A stretch of 64,000 nt of DNA from Fibrobacterales bacterium (GTDB lineage: Bacteria > Fibrobacterota > Fibrobacteria > Fibrobacterales > JAOPTW01), in NCBI GenBank assembly GCA_051532055.1, contig JAOPTX010000044.1:34945-98944 (forward strand), in the 5' to 3' direction. Numbering within the stretch: position 1 is the stretch's first letter; every line of letters begins with the position of its first letter. Positions 10,387-20,747 of this stretch are shown one piece after another. The notes under the pieces were generated by a model. The model was not told where the DNA came from. It saw only the letters and a list, made by a program, of their open reading frames with translations, and made no database searches. Both the position numbers and the translations under genes were made by a program.

Positions 10387-11336
10387 TACAACCTCCAGTT
10401 GAGTCCTGCAAAATGTGTTGGGTCCAAGGAAAACCGATGAAGTTCTAGAGCATAGTGTAGGTCAATAGTATTAAGAATAAGGGAGAAACCTCCCGTTGCA
10501 ATGGTGGTTTCTTGATTTGCATTGTCATAATTACTTGTTATCTCTTTGAGTGCATTATTGTCAATTGCATATCCAGCGTATATTTTTATCGCGGGGTGAA
10601 TAGCCGCCGCTATACTGGCGCCAATACGATAGGGGCTATTCATTAAATACTCACCTTCTAAATTTAAAGTAAGTATTTCAAGATCTGGATTGGTATAGGA
10701 ACCGCCAACTTTTAGAGAGCTGTTAAGGAGATCGGTCTCAGAATATTGAGTGTGTCCAGTAATTTGTTTCCCTAGGTTCATTATCGTGGTTGCAAAAACG
10801 AGCTCGGCGGGGATCATCGTATATCGGGCTCCCATGTCAAGGGCAACACCTTGTGCTGTTGTGCCATACTCTATAGAAGTGAGATACTCTGCAATGTATT
10901 TGCCGCTTGCCCCTATGGTTAATTTTTCTGATAAGCGATAAGCACCATGTGCAGCAAAAACATAATCATAGGGGTTGGTTTTCCCTATACTCGTGTTGGT
11001 CACATCAAGCATTTCAATTGATGAACTCTTGGTGTAGTGAAGGCTCAGAGCACCAGTTAGCCGTTTATTGAGTGTTTTTACCCCTGATAGAGATACTGCT
11101 TTATCACCGTCAATCCCGAACTGAGCACTGAGTGCTATTGCTGATGAAGCAGAGGTGAGGGGGAGGCCTGCTGGTGTTACTCCTAGGGATTGTGTTCCTG
11201 TTACATAAGAGGAAGATATGTTGTTGAGTGCTTTTGAAAGGGGAGAGGTGTGCGTACCTAAAAAATCAAAAGTATTTGCCACTTCGGCTGAAAAAAGTGA
11301 GAGAGTGAGTAGTAGGATGTATAAAATATATTTCAT
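10386..11336 (-). CDS. PorV/PorQ-family outer membrane beta-barrel protein
   Basis: Signal peptide; FDFL...S.ALN...PAGL N-terminal pattern; IGASGKYI, ALDMGARY, NLG strands typical of PorV/FadL-like barrels. Confidence 0.6.
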   Translation of the reverse strand: MKYILYILLLTLSLFSAEVANTFDFLGTHTSPLSKALNNISSSYVTGTQSLGVTPAGLPLTSASSAIALSAQFGIDGDKAVSLSGVKTLNKRLTGALSLHYTKSSSIEMLDVTNTSIGKTNPYDYVFAAHGAYRLSEKLTIGASGKYIAEYLTSIEYGTTAQGVALDMGARYTMIPAELVFATTIMNLGKQITGHTQYSETDLLNSSLKVGGSYTNPDLEILTLNLEGEYLMNSPYRIGASIAAAIHPAIKIYAGYAIDNNALKEITSNYDNANQETTIATGGFSLILNTIDLHYALELHRFSLDPTHFAGLNWRL

Positions 11337-11677
11337 AAATTATAATGTAGGATTTTAAAGAGGTGACTGTTTGCTTTTTTTGTGTTCAGTGAACCTTCTC
11401 TATAAATTGTAAAACGTAAAAAGTAAAATTTAGTGTATATGTAGATAGAGAAAGGAGGGAGTCTATATCTGGGAGGTGTCTAAACTAAATATAGGGTGAG
11501 TGTCACACAGGCAAAAGCTATGTATACCAGGAATGAAAAGGGTGTGTATTATAGGGGGAATATAATTTCACAATTTAAGAAAGAGAGAGGATATATCCGG
11601 AAAATTAAAGGGCTAAATATCAAAAATAAGTGACTCAAAAAAAAAATAAAAAAATGATAAAATTTTAATAAAAACCG

Positions 11678-11706
11678 TTGACGTATAAAAACGGTCTATG
11701 TATATT
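11678..11706 (+). promoter_or_regulatory. Sigma70-type promoter of tRNA-Lys
   Basis: TTGACG-17 bp-TATATT, preceded by an A-rich UP-like tract. Confidence 0.75.
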
Positions 11707-11747
11707 TGCTCTGCGCTTCTGAAGTGCACTTGTTTTAATAACAAGTT

Positions 11748-11820
11748 GGATTAGTAGCTCAGTTGGTAGAGCAACGCCCTTTTAAGGCGTGGGTCGAAGG
11801 TTCGAGCCCTTCCTGATTCA
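11748..11820 (+). tRNA. tRNA-Lys (anticodon UUU), CCA not encoded
   Basis: Cloverleaf: GGATTAG/CTGATTC acceptor, GCTC/GAGC D-arm, ACGCC-CTTTTAA-GGCGT anticodon arm, GAAGG-TTCGAGC-CCTTC T-arm. Confidence 0.95.
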
Positions 11821-11821
11821 T

Positions 11822-11850
11822 AAAAGCCGGCTTTTTAGTCGGCTTTTTTT
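11822..11850 (+). terminator. Intrinsic terminator after tRNA-Lys
   Basis: AGCCGGCT-TTTT-AGTCGGCT hairpin followed by a T run. Confidence 0.85.
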
Positions 11851-11946
11851 GTACCCTCTCATATATCTGAAAACTTCTATTTATTATATTGATTCATGTC
11901 TGAAATTCTGGTATACTAGATTGAGTATATTTAGGAATTGAATTAC

Positions 11947-12861
11947 ATGTCAATTGAAGCTCCATTTGATGCAACTATTCTCGTTGTTGATGATGTCTCA
12001 ATCAACACAAAAATATTAAAGAAAATTTTGGTGTTGAATGGATATCATGTTATAATCGCGTTAAACGCTGAGGATGCTGTTCGTATTGCTAATCAAACTC
12101 CCCCTGATTTGGTTATGCTCGATATTAATATGCCGGATGTTGACGGATATGAGTTGAGCATGCAGATGAAAACCAATAAGAGTCTCGAGGAAATTCCAAT
12201 AATTTTTATAAGTGCAAGTACTGATACCCATACTATAGTGAAAGCATTTGATTCGGGGGGTGTTGATTATGTGACAAAACCTATTGAACGTCGTGAGGTA
12301 CTTGCACGCGTAAAAGTGCATCTTGAATTACAAAAAATAAAACGCGAATTGCTCATTACAAATAAAAAGTTGCAACAATTGGCTATTACGGATGAATTAA
12401 CTCAAACGTATAATCGTCGTAATATGATTGATCGCCTTCGCGATGCCTTTAGTTACTCTGATAGGTACAAAACAGATGTTTCTGTTCTGATGGTTGATCT
12501 TGATTATTTTAAACGAGTTAATGACTCTTTTGGCCACAATGCTGGGGATGCAGTACTTTCAGATGTATCTAAAGTTATGAAAGAGATGGTACGTGACTCT
12601 GATGTGGTAGGGCGATGGGGGGGGGAAGAGTTTGTGTTGATCTTCCCGCATACGAATATTGATGGAGCACTAGAAGTCTCAGAAAAAATCCGTCGAGAAC
12701 TTGAAGAGCGCTCTTGGGCGATGACTCAAGCGGGGGTAACTATTAGTGGCGGTCTGGTACAGCATCAGCGGGGGGAGGCAATAGACGATTGCATAAACCG
12801 GGCTGATATACTTATGTATAAGGCTAAAGAAGCGGGTCGAAACCGTATCGTTTTAGAATAA
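11947..12861 (+). CDS. Response regulator-diguanylate cyclase (REC-GGDEF)
   Basis: ILVVDD, MLDINMP, KP receiver motifs; DLDYFKRVND..GH..GD, RDSD I-site and RWGGEEF. Confidence 0.92.
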   Translation: MSIEAPFDATILVVDDVSINTKILKKILVLNGYHVIIALNAEDAVRIANQTPPDLVMLDINMPDVDGYELSMQMKTNKSLEEIPIIFISASTDTHTIVKAFDSGGVDYVTKPIERREVLARVKVHLELQKIKRELLITNKKLQQLAITDELTQTYNRRNMIDRLRDAFSYSDRYKTDVSVLMVDLDYFKRVNDSFGHNAGDAVLSDVSKVMKEMVRDSDVVGRWGGEEFVLIFPHTNIDGALEVSEKIRRELEERSWAMTQAGVTISGGLVQHQRGEAIDDCINRADILMYKAKEAGRNRIVLE

Positions 12862-12960
12862 TCCTCAAGCTAGAGAAGCATTACTCAAAAGGTACTCGAA
12901 TGGTGAAAGAGTGGGGCGAACTGAACCACTATCAGTTTCATTTTGGTATATTTTGCCCTT

Positions 12961-15900
12961 ATGAAAGAGATACAAACTGTTATATCAGAAAAGCTATTCC
13001 CGAGTTTTGCATGTATTGAGACCAGTACTGATGCAAGCTTAGTTCCCCATTTATCGGGTTTTACCGATGTTTCAAAAGCAGCCTGTATTGCGCAAAATTA
13101 TTCGAGTCATCCTCGACGTTTTTTAGTGCTTTGTCCTGATGTGCGGAGTGCGGATTCTCTCGCAGACGATTTAGGTACTTTTGTCGGAGATGAACAGGTG
13201 GTACGGGTGCCAGAGCTAGAGCTGAATCCCTACGAATGGAGAACTCCCTTTACTAATGTAGTAGAGTCACGGCTTCATTTTTTAAATCGACTGAGTGATA
13301 CGTCACCATTTATTGCCGTTGCAACACTAAAGGCTGCTCTCGAAAAAATGGCTGACCCTGCACAGTTAAAGTCTACTATTGTGACCCTCTCTGTTGGAGG
13401 TGAAATAGAATTTGACGATCTGCGTGAGACCTTAATGATTATGGGGTTTAGTGAAGAGCCTATGGTAGAAAATATTGGTGAGTTTTCTATTCGTGGTTGT
13501 ATTGTTGATATTTATCCCTTTTTAGCTGACCACCCATTACGACTTGAATTTCTTGATACTGAGATTGAATCGATTCGAGAGTTCGATATTTTTAGCCAAC
13601 TTTCGCGGGGTAAAAAAGAACATGTAGTACTTATGCCTATGGAAGAATTTTGCTATTCTGCTGATATGCTCGATGAGGGTGTATTACAAATGATGGATGC
13701 TCATGATGGTGCTGATACCATCGAAGCGGTTCAGACTGCGATTATTGAGCAGCGAGATTTCACGGGTATTCACTGGATGCGCTCATTTTTTCAGCCACTG
13801 ACTCATTCGCTCTTTGAGGTGATGGGAGACGCAGTAACGCTTTTTTATACTGATAATGGGGAAATAGAATCTGCTGTTGATGCCTATCATGCCCAATTAG
13901 AAAAAGGATTTAGTGAAGCCCTAGAAAGTGGACATCTCCCTGCTCGACCGACCGACCTTTTTTATACAGGTACTGAACTTGATCGTTTGATACGGTCGAC
14001 TACACGGGCTTGTTTTACTCGGCTATCGTGGGAGGGCAAAAGTTCATTCGAATATACCATTACCGATCAGCAGCGGAGTTCTGCAGGTATACAGCAACTT
14101 GATGAAACCTCAGCAGAGCTAGAAGAACAGGGGTATAAGGTCTACCTCGTCTCCTCAAATCAAGGGCAGGCTGAACGACTGAAAAAACTCGTTTCAGATA
14201 TGGCTTTTTCTGAAGTACTCATTGGACACCTCTCCTCTGGCTTTATTGTCGAAGATGAGAAGGTGGCACTTTTTACTGATCACCAGATTTTTAACAAATT
14301 TAGTCGAAAGGTTAGGCAACAAAAATACAAAGGGGGAGTAGCGATCCCTTCATTTGAGGCCCTGACTCGGGGTGACTGTATTATTCACCAAGATTATGGA
14401 ATTGGTAAGTATATCGGTATTCAGAGAATCGAGATTAAAGGGGGTCATATTGACTGTATCCTTCTTGAGTACTCGGGTAAAGACCGCTTAACGGTTCCGG
14501 TTGAAGATCTACAAAAATTAGAGAAATATGTATCTAAAGATGGCCCTGAACCAAATCTTAATAAGTTAGGTACGAAGACTTGGGCGAGTTTAAAAGAGCG
14601 CGCCAAAAAGAAAGTGGTAAAAATTGCTAAGGAGCTTGTTGAACTCTATGCTAAGCGTCAATTGGCAAAAGGGCACTCCTTTACTGCTCATAATCCACTA
14701 CAGGTGGAGTTTGAACAGGCATTTGAATTTGAGCCAACTCCTGATCAACAGAGTGCTTCAGAGGCTTGTAAAAAAGACCTTGAGCGAACAATGCCTATGG
14801 ATCGTTTGGTGTGTGGTGATGTTGGGTTTGGTAAAACTGAAGTTGCCATGCGTGCTGCATTTAAGGTTGTGTGTGAGAAAAAGCAAGTAGCGATTCTGGT
14901 GCCGACTACCATTTTGGCAACACAGCATTTTAATAGTTTTGTTGAACGCCTGGCTTCATGGCCGGTTGAAATAGAGTTCCTCAATCGTTTTAAAAGCACC
15001 AAAGAGAAAAAAGAGGTGTATGAGAAGTTGAGTACCGGTAGAGTTGATATTGTTGTGGGTACCCACGCGCTTCTTTCTAAAGAGATCTCTTTTAAAGATC
15101 TGGGACTTATTATTGTTGATGAAGAACAGAAATTTGGAGTAAAGCAGAAAGAGCGCTTAATGGAATTGAAGCTTTCTGTTGATTTCCTCTGTATGAGTGC
15201 AACTCCTATTCCGAGAACACTTCACCTCTCTCTCGCAGGGGCTCGTGATGTCTCGCTTATTTCAACACCGCCTCGTAACCGTCTCCCTATTGAAACACGG
15301 GTGATGCATTTTGACAAAAAAGTAATTCAGAATGCCATTTATAATGAGATGAACCGAGGGGGTCAGGTATTTGTAGTAAATGATCGTGTACGTACCATAA
15401 TGGAAGTCGCTGAAGAGATTGAAGAGTTGGTTCCCGAGGCCCGTGTCTGTGTTGGCCATGGACAAATGAACGCCACAGATCTTGAACAGGTGATGGCAGC
15501 ATTTATCAATAGAGAATTTGATGTTTTGGTGAGTACCACTATTATTGAATCGGGCCTTGATATCCCGTCAGCCAATACAATGATTATAAATAATGCACAT
15601 AATTTTGGTGTGTCACAACTGTATCAATTACGTGGGCGTGTGGGTCGTTCAGGCCTTAAAGCATGGGCGTATCTCATTACTCCACACAATAAGGTGCTAT
15701 CTGATGATGCCGAAAAACGATTAAAAGCACTAGAAATGTTTACGGATCTGGGGTCTGGATATCAATTAGCCCTACGAGACCTTGAAATTAGAGGGGCGGG
15801 AAATCTATTAGGTACGCAACAGAGTGGTCATATTGCTGAGCTTGGCTATGAAACCTATGTGAAAATGATCCGGGAAGCAGTTAATGAACTTCGAGGGGAG

Positions 15901-16368
15901 CATGAAGAACCGGATATTTCTACTAAGGTAGAACTCTCAGTAGACTCCTTTATTCCTGAATCTTATGTTGAAGACGGCCTACAGAGAATATCTCTTTATC
16001 AGAAAATTGCTCGACTCGAAACGATGGATGAGGTTTATCGCTTAAAAAGTGAGTTTCAGGATCGATATGGTGATCTTCCTGCACCATGTGAAATGTTACT
16101 CGGTTCTGTTGAAATGCGAATAGCGGCTAAAAGTATGGGTGTTGAGAAGGTAGAAATTGAGAAACATCTACTGGTGCTCACCTTTTCGGAATTTTATAAG
16201 CCAAAACCTGAACAGTATGCGGTGATGATGGAGCGCTGTAATCGGCCAATTCGTCTAATATATGAGGAGCCGATACAGGCAGTTGTGGATCTTAATGGGA
16301 AAAATGAGACAGAGAAGTGCGCTCAGTCTCTAGAAATTATCAAAAAATTGGCAGGTGTGGACAAATAG
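12961..16368 (+). CDS. mfd: Transcription-repair coupling factor
   Basis: UvrB-like module, CarD-like domain (HQDYGIGKY), CGDVGFGKTEVA, DEEQKFGV, QLRGRVGR, C-terminal TRCF domain. Confidence 0.97.
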   Translation: MKEIQTVISEKLFPSFACIETSTDASLVPHLSGFTDVSKAACIAQNYSSHPRRFLVLCPDVRSADSLADDLGTFVGDEQVVRVPELELNPYEWRTPFTNVVESRLHFLNRLSDTSPFIAVATLKAALEKMADPAQLKSTIVTLSVGGEIEFDDLRETLMIMGFSEEPMVENIGEFSIRGCIVDIYPFLADHPLRLEFLDTEIESIREFDIFSQLSRGKKEHVVLMPMEEFCYSADMLDEGVLQMMDAHDGADTIEAVQTAIIEQRDFTGIHWMRSFFQPLTHSLFEVMGDAVTLFYTDNGEIESAVDAYHAQLEKGFSEALESGHLPARPTDLFYTGTELDRLIRSTTRACFTRLSWEGKSSFEYTITDQQRSSAGIQQLDETSAELEEQGYKVYLVSSNQGQAERLKKLVSDMAFSEVLIGHLSSGFIVEDEKVALFTDHQIFNKFSRKVRQQKYKGGVAIPSFEALTRGDCIIHQDYGIGKYIGIQRIEIKGGHIDCILLEYSGKDRLTVPVEDLQKLEKYVSKDGPEPNLNKLGTKTWASLKERAKKKVVKIAKELVELYAKRQLAKGHSFTAHNPLQVEFEQAFEFEPTPDQQSASEACKKDLERTMPMDRLVCGDVGFGKTEVAMRAAFKVVCEKKQVAILVPTTILATQHFNSFVERLASWPVEIEFLNRFKSTKEKKEVYEKLSTGRVDIVVGTHALLSKEISFKDLGLIIVDEEQKFGVKQKERLMELKLSVDFLCMSATPIPRTLHLSLAGARDVSLISTPPRNRLPIETRVMHFDKKVIQNAIYNEMNRGGQVFVVNDRVRTIMEVAEEIEELVPEARVCVGHGQMNATDLEQVMAAFINREFDVLVSTTIIESGLDIPSANTMIINNAHNFGVSQLYQLRGRVGRSGLKAWAYLITPHNKVLSDDAEKRLKALEMFTDLGSGYQLALRDLEIRGAGNLLGTQQSGHIAELGYETYVKMIREAVNELRGEHEEPDISTKVELSVDSFIPESYVEDGLQRISLYQKIARLETMDEVYRLKSEFQDRYGDLPAPCEMLLGSVEMRIAAKSMGVEKVEIEKHLLVLTFSEFYKPKPEQYAVMMERCNRPIRLIYEEPIQAVVDLNGKNETEKCAQSLEIIKKLAGVDK

Positions 16369-16484
16369 CTTTTCTCCTGCGTAAATATGAGTTTAAAAGT
16401 TCCCTTGATTGAATAAAATTGGGGAATTTAGTATTTTCTAGCAGAACGGCATAATATTCTGTTCATCACATTTTGGGAGTCCAA

Positions 16485-17321
16485 ATGAAAATATTCCTCG
16501 GTCTAGTTCTACTTGTTGTAGTTTCGTGTAAAACCACAGAAACAAAAAATATCGTCGCACAGGTAGGAGGAAGCGTTCTTACCCAAGATGATCTCAGTGC
16601 GCGAGTACCTAAAGAATACAGTGAGTTATTAAGTAGAGAACAGTATCTTGATATGGTACATCGTTGGATGGATACTGAAGTACTGTATACTATTGCTCTT
16701 GAAAGAAAACTTGATAACAAAGACAAATTTAAAAAGCAGATGATTGAGATTGAGAAGAAAATTCTCGTTGATAATGTGGTTGCTGATATTCTCAAAGAGA
16801 TTGAAGATCCTAACGACGAGCAAATCAAGAACTTTTTTAAGGAAAATGGTGATCTTTTCAAACGAAGTGAGGCCGTATATAAAACTCGCTTTATTGGCAC
16901 CCAAACAGTGACGGGCTCTTGGAAACTGCGCCAACGCATTACAGATCAACGGAGAGTGAATAAGAGTAAAACTCCCTATATGGATGTAGAACGTTCAGTT
17001 CGTCGTGAGAAGGGATTTACTGTTACCCTTAATGACTATAGGACCATCGGGGAATATCCGGAATGTTTTAGGAAAACTATTAGCACAATGCGTGTTGGTA
17101 CGACGAGTGTGCCAAATCGATGCGATGATCAAGTGGTCGTAGTACATCTCGAAGAGCGTGAACTTGAAGGGGCGACAAAGTTCTACCATGAGGTTGAAAA
17201 TGAAATTGCGCAAGTAATGAAAAAAGAAACCTTAAAAAATAAGTTAAACCAAATGATTGAACGCACAAAAGGCAGACTGCTCATTAGTGTGGACCTCGAA
17301 AATATTCCTCAAAAACAATAA
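16485..17321 (+). CDS. PpiC/PrsA-like foldase lipoprotein
   Basis: Lipobox VVVSC, IVAQVG..VLT N-terminus, position between mfd and surA; PPIase motif degenerate. Confidence 0.65.
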   Translation: MKIFLGLVLLVVVSCKTTETKNIVAQVGGSVLTQDDLSARVPKEYSELLSREQYLDMVHRWMDTEVLYTIALERKLDNKDKFKKQMIEIEKKILVDNVVADILKEIEDPNDEQIKNFFKENGDLFKRSEAVYKTRFIGTQTVTGSWKLRQRITDQRRVNKSKTPYMDVERSVRREKGFTVTLNDYRTIGEYPECFRKTISTMRVGTTSVPNRCDDQVVVVHLEERELEGATKFYHEVENEIAQVMKKETLKNKLNQMIERTKGRLLISVDLENIPQKQ

Positions 17322-17330
17322 AGAAATATT

Positions 17331-18644
17331 ATGAAAAAAATCTATGTATCTCTCGCACTGATAGTAGCGTCATTGATATCACCTGCTCTTGCAGCTAAAA
17401 AAGCTGAATCCTATGAACGAATCGTAGCGGTCGTTGATGGGAAGGTGATTCTCGAATCTGATATCATGGAAGCACTCTATCAATATAGTGCACTTCCAGA
17501 CTTTAGTACTCTCGATGGATTAGAACTTAAAGCGAAGGTACTTGATAAGCTGATTGATGAAAAAATTGTTCTTGCAAAAGCACGCCTTGATACTCTGCTT
17601 GTAGGCCCTGATGAACTTAATGAATTGGTGGATAACCACATTGCTAAGCTTGCGGTTAATATTCCTAATAAAGCACAATTGGCTCAAAGGATTCTTCAAG
17701 AAACGGGTATGACGATGACTAAATTTCGTGAGTATGTCGGAGGACAGTTATCGCAACAAGCGATTCTTAATAAAGTACGTGGAAAATATGTTGGCCGCCT
17801 CCTTCCAACCCCCAAAGATGTTGAACAGTTCTACATAGAAAATAAGGAGAAACTCCCTAAGCAGTATAACTGTTTTAAATTAAGGAAACTCACTCTAGAA
17901 ATTAAGCCTAATAGAGAGAGACTGGATTCAGTGCGGGCACTTGCAGATTCACTTATTAGTGAGCTCAATAAAGGTGTTGCATTTGATACTCTTGCAGATA
18001 CCTGGTCTCAGGACTTTACATCAGGAAGTGGTGGTGATCTGGGCTTTTTTAAGAAAGGGGCTCACGATCCAGAATTTGAGAGGTATGCATTTCGTACTCC
18101 AATTGGTCGGTATACTGAGTTCCCAATTCATACTAAAATAGGATATCACATTATAAAGGTCCTCCAAAGACAGGATAATGAAATCCAAGCTGCTCATATC
18201 CTGTTAAGGGTTGAGCCTAATAGTGCAGATACGTTAGAAGTTAAAAAAATGGCTGACTCGGTTGTAACTCTTATCGCGAAAGGAGAGTCATTTGCCACCC
18301 TCTCACAAAAATATTCAAGTGATAACGCAACCAATAAAAGAGGTGGGCTACTTGGGTGGTTTGAGCAGTCTCAGGTTGAACCCTCACTAACGCCAGCGCT
18401 TCAAGGACTTCAAGAGAAAAGTGCTTCTGAGCCCTTTCTTGTTGAGGACACCTGGAATGTACTCTATCTTGAACAAAAGCTAGCTGAACGTACTCTTACT
18501 ATAGGTGATGATTTTCCTCAGTTGGAGATGATGGCCATGAATGACCTTTCACAAAAAAAGTTGGAAGGGTATTTGAAGAAATGGCGCAGTCTGGTTTATG
18601 TCAATATACTTGATGAAAACCTTAAGAAATTAGTATTACCTTAA
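17331..18644 (+). CDS. surA: SurA-like periplasmic chaperone/PPIase
   Basis: ERIVAVVDGKVILESD N-domain and two parvulin domains (SQD...GGDLGFF; SSD...GGLLGWF). Confidence 0.85.
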   Translation: MKKIYVSLALIVASLISPALAAKKAESYERIVAVVDGKVILESDIMEALYQYSALPDFSTLDGLELKAKVLDKLIDEKIVLAKARLDTLLVGPDELNELVDNHIAKLAVNIPNKAQLAQRILQETGMTMTKFREYVGGQLSQQAILNKVRGKYVGRLLPTPKDVEQFYIENKEKLPKQYNCFKLRKLTLEIKPNRERLDSVRALADSLISELNKGVAFDTLADTWSQDFTSGSGGDLGFFKKGAHDPEFERYAFRTPIGRYTEFPIHTKIGYHIIKVLQRQDNEIQAAHILLRVEPNSADTLEVKKMADSVVTLIAKGESFATLSQKYSSDNATNKRGGLLGWFEQSQVEPSLTPALQGLQEKSASEPFLVEDTWNVLYLEQKLAERTLTIGDDFPQLEMMAMNDLSQKKLEGYLKKWRSLVYVNILDENLKKLVLP

Positions 18645-18658
18645 TCTGGTCGTTATAG

Positions 18659-19408
18659 ATGTGCACACAATCGTATAACTCTTATGTACATATAAGCTCA
18701 TGGTACGATCAAATTATGTGCCATGTAGACTATTCAGAGTGGTCACAGTATATTACTAAATTGCTAGAAAAACATAGTGTTGCACCAACAAAAATTCTTG
18801 AGCTTGGTGCGGGGACCTGTCAGCATGCGCGTTTTCTAGACTTTGGTTCAGATGCATATACGGTCTATACAGACCTTTCTGAAACAATGATTAAAAATGC
18901 ATGGAGTAAAGAACTACTGAACACTGCGTGTTGTGATATGAGAGCTCTTCCGTTTAAGCCTCATTTTGATTTTGTTATGATGCTTTATGATGCATTCAAT
19001 TATATGGTTACCGAGTATGAAGTTGAGGATATGTTCAAAGAGGTCTATCGAGTGTTAGAGCCGAAGGGCCATTTTCTATTTGATATGACAACTGAGTACA
19101 ATTCAGAGACTTACTTCATGGATGATACTTTTCATGAAGAATGTGGTGATTTTGAATATGTACGCAACTCTTGGTATGATCCCAATAATAATCTTCAACA
19201 TAATGACTTTATTTTTTATATCCAAACAGAGAATGGACTCTATGCGAAAATTGAAGAAGATCATATTCAAAAAGTCTATCCTTATAAGCAGGTTATTGCA
19301 CAGTGTAAAGCCGCTGGTTTTGTTGTAAAAGGTGCCTACTCTGAACAGACCTTTAAAAAGCCTAGTGGGAAATCACTCAGAATTCATCTTTTGGTGCAAA
19401 AGTCATGA
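18659..19408 (+). CDS. Class I SAM-dependent methyltransferase
   Basis: ILELGAGT, DLSETM, DMR, DAFNY, L.P.G.FLFD. Confidence 0.85.
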   Translation: MCTQSYNSYVHISSWYDQIMCHVDYSEWSQYITKLLEKHSVAPTKILELGAGTCQHARFLDFGSDAYTVYTDLSETMIKNAWSKELLNTACCDMRALPFKPHFDFVMMLYDAFNYMVTEYEVEDMFKEVYRVLEPKGHFLFDMTTEYNSETYFMDDTFHEECGDFEYVRNSWYDPNNNLQHNDFIFYIQTENGLYAKIEEDHIQKVYPYKQVIAQCKAAGFVVKGAYSEQTFKKPSGKSLRIHLLVQKS

Positions 19409-20088
19409 TCCATTTTCAACATGTCAGTAAAACGTTTGATGGTTATCGGGCTCTGGATGATGTCACATTGAAGATCAGTAAGGGAGAATTTGTTTTTCTT
19501 ACGGGAAGTTCAGGGGCAGGTAAAACAACGTTACTCAAACATATATACATGCAAGAGCGTCCAGACCCTAAGGGAGGGCAGGTGCTTATCTCTTATGGAC
19601 AAGAGAATGTGTATGACTCGAAAAATGCTTCACTCGCTCAGGTTCAGTTGTTTCGTCGCAAATTGGGCATCATATTTCAAGACTTTAAATTACTTACCGA
19701 TAGATCGGTCTTTGATAACATTGCGTTTACTCTACGCATTACCGGCTACCCGTCACATAAGATAAAAGAGCGGGTGCATGAGGTGATGAATTATCTGGGA
19801 ATTACTCACCGAAGATCATTGCATCCCTTGGCTCTCTCAGGTGGGGAACAACAGCGCGTTGCAATTGCACGAGCAATGGTACATAATCCTTCAGTTATTG
19901 TAGCTGATGAACCAACAGGTAACCTTGATCCAGAAAATGCACAACAGGTATTTGAAATTTTAAAAGATATTAACGCTCAAGGAACTACTATAGTCATGGC
20001 TACACATAATCCGGGCCTCTATGAATATAGTACTTTTAGACGTATTATTCTTGATCGAGGTCGAGTAATGAACCGGGATATGATTTAA
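19405..20088 (+). CDS. ftsE: Cell division ATP-binding protein FtsE-like ABC ATPase
   Basis: [41 protein letters not shown]. Confidence 0.8.
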   Translation: MIHFQHVSKTFDGYRALDDVTLKISKGEFVFLTGSSGAGKTTLLKHIYMQERPDPKGGQVLISYGQENVYDSKNASLAQVQLFRRKLGIIFQDFKLLTDRSVFDNIAFTLRITGYPSHKIKERVHEVMNYLGITHRRSLHPLALSGGEQQRVAIARAMVHNPSVIVADEPTGNLDPENAQQVFEILKDINAQGTTIVMATHNPGLYEYSTFRRIILDRGRVMNRDMI

Positions 20089-20747
20089 TGTCCAAAAAAT
20101 ATCAATGGATATTATTTGATTGGAATGGTACTCTTCTCGATGATGTAGAGTATGGACTCGGTGTTGTAAATACCATCTGTAAACAGTATTCAGTACCCGA
20201 GATAACTCATGAGTGGTATTTAGACAATTTTGGATTTCCTCTTTTTGAGTTTTACGAAAAGCTTGGTTTTGATTTTAAAGAGTACTCTTTTGACGACCTT
20301 GCACAGGTTTTTATGAGTATTTATCACGCTGCTCTCGATACTGTTCCACTCCATACTGGTACTTTAGAAGTACTCGAAACCCTAGGTCAGGACTATTCAT
20401 TGGGTATAATTTCGGCGTATAAACAAGAACGTTTGGATGTTGCCGTTAAAGAGTATGGCGTTGACTCCTTTTTTACTGCGGTTTACGGAGTATCGGATGA
20501 TCGGGCTCATTCAAAAAGTCACTCTCTTAAAGAAATGCTCGACCGATACCAAATCGATCCTCAGCATACCCTTTTGGTTGGGGATACCTTACACGATTTT
20601 GAAGTAGCTCAAGAGAATGGTATCGATGCACTTCTTATCGAAGCAGGACATCAATCAATGAAGCAGTGGCACGCAATATTAGATGAGACACACTTATTAA
20701 AAGCCTTGCATGAACTACCTGCATGGCTCCGTTCTCAGGGTGACTAA
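20088..20747 (+). CDS. HAD-family phosphatase (phosphoglycolate phosphatase-like)
   Basis: LFDWNGTLLD and LVGDTLHD motifs. Confidence 0.85.
   Translation: MSKKYQWILFDWNGTLLDDVEYGLGVVNTICKQYSVPEITHEWYLDNFGFPLFEFYEKLGFDFKEYSFDDLAQVFMSIYHAALDTVPLHTGTLEVLETLGQDYSLGIISAYKQERLDVAVKEYGVDSFFTAVYGVSDDRAHSKSHSLKEMLDRYQIDPQHTLLVGDTLHDFEVAQENGIDALLIEAGHQSMKQWHAILDETHLLKALHELPAWLRSQGD

Noticed and set aside
11337..11850. tRNA-Lys as an integration site, or an ncRNA in the 400-bp upstream gap
   Set aside because: No integrase, no duplicated tRNA 3' end and no convincing structured RNA seen.
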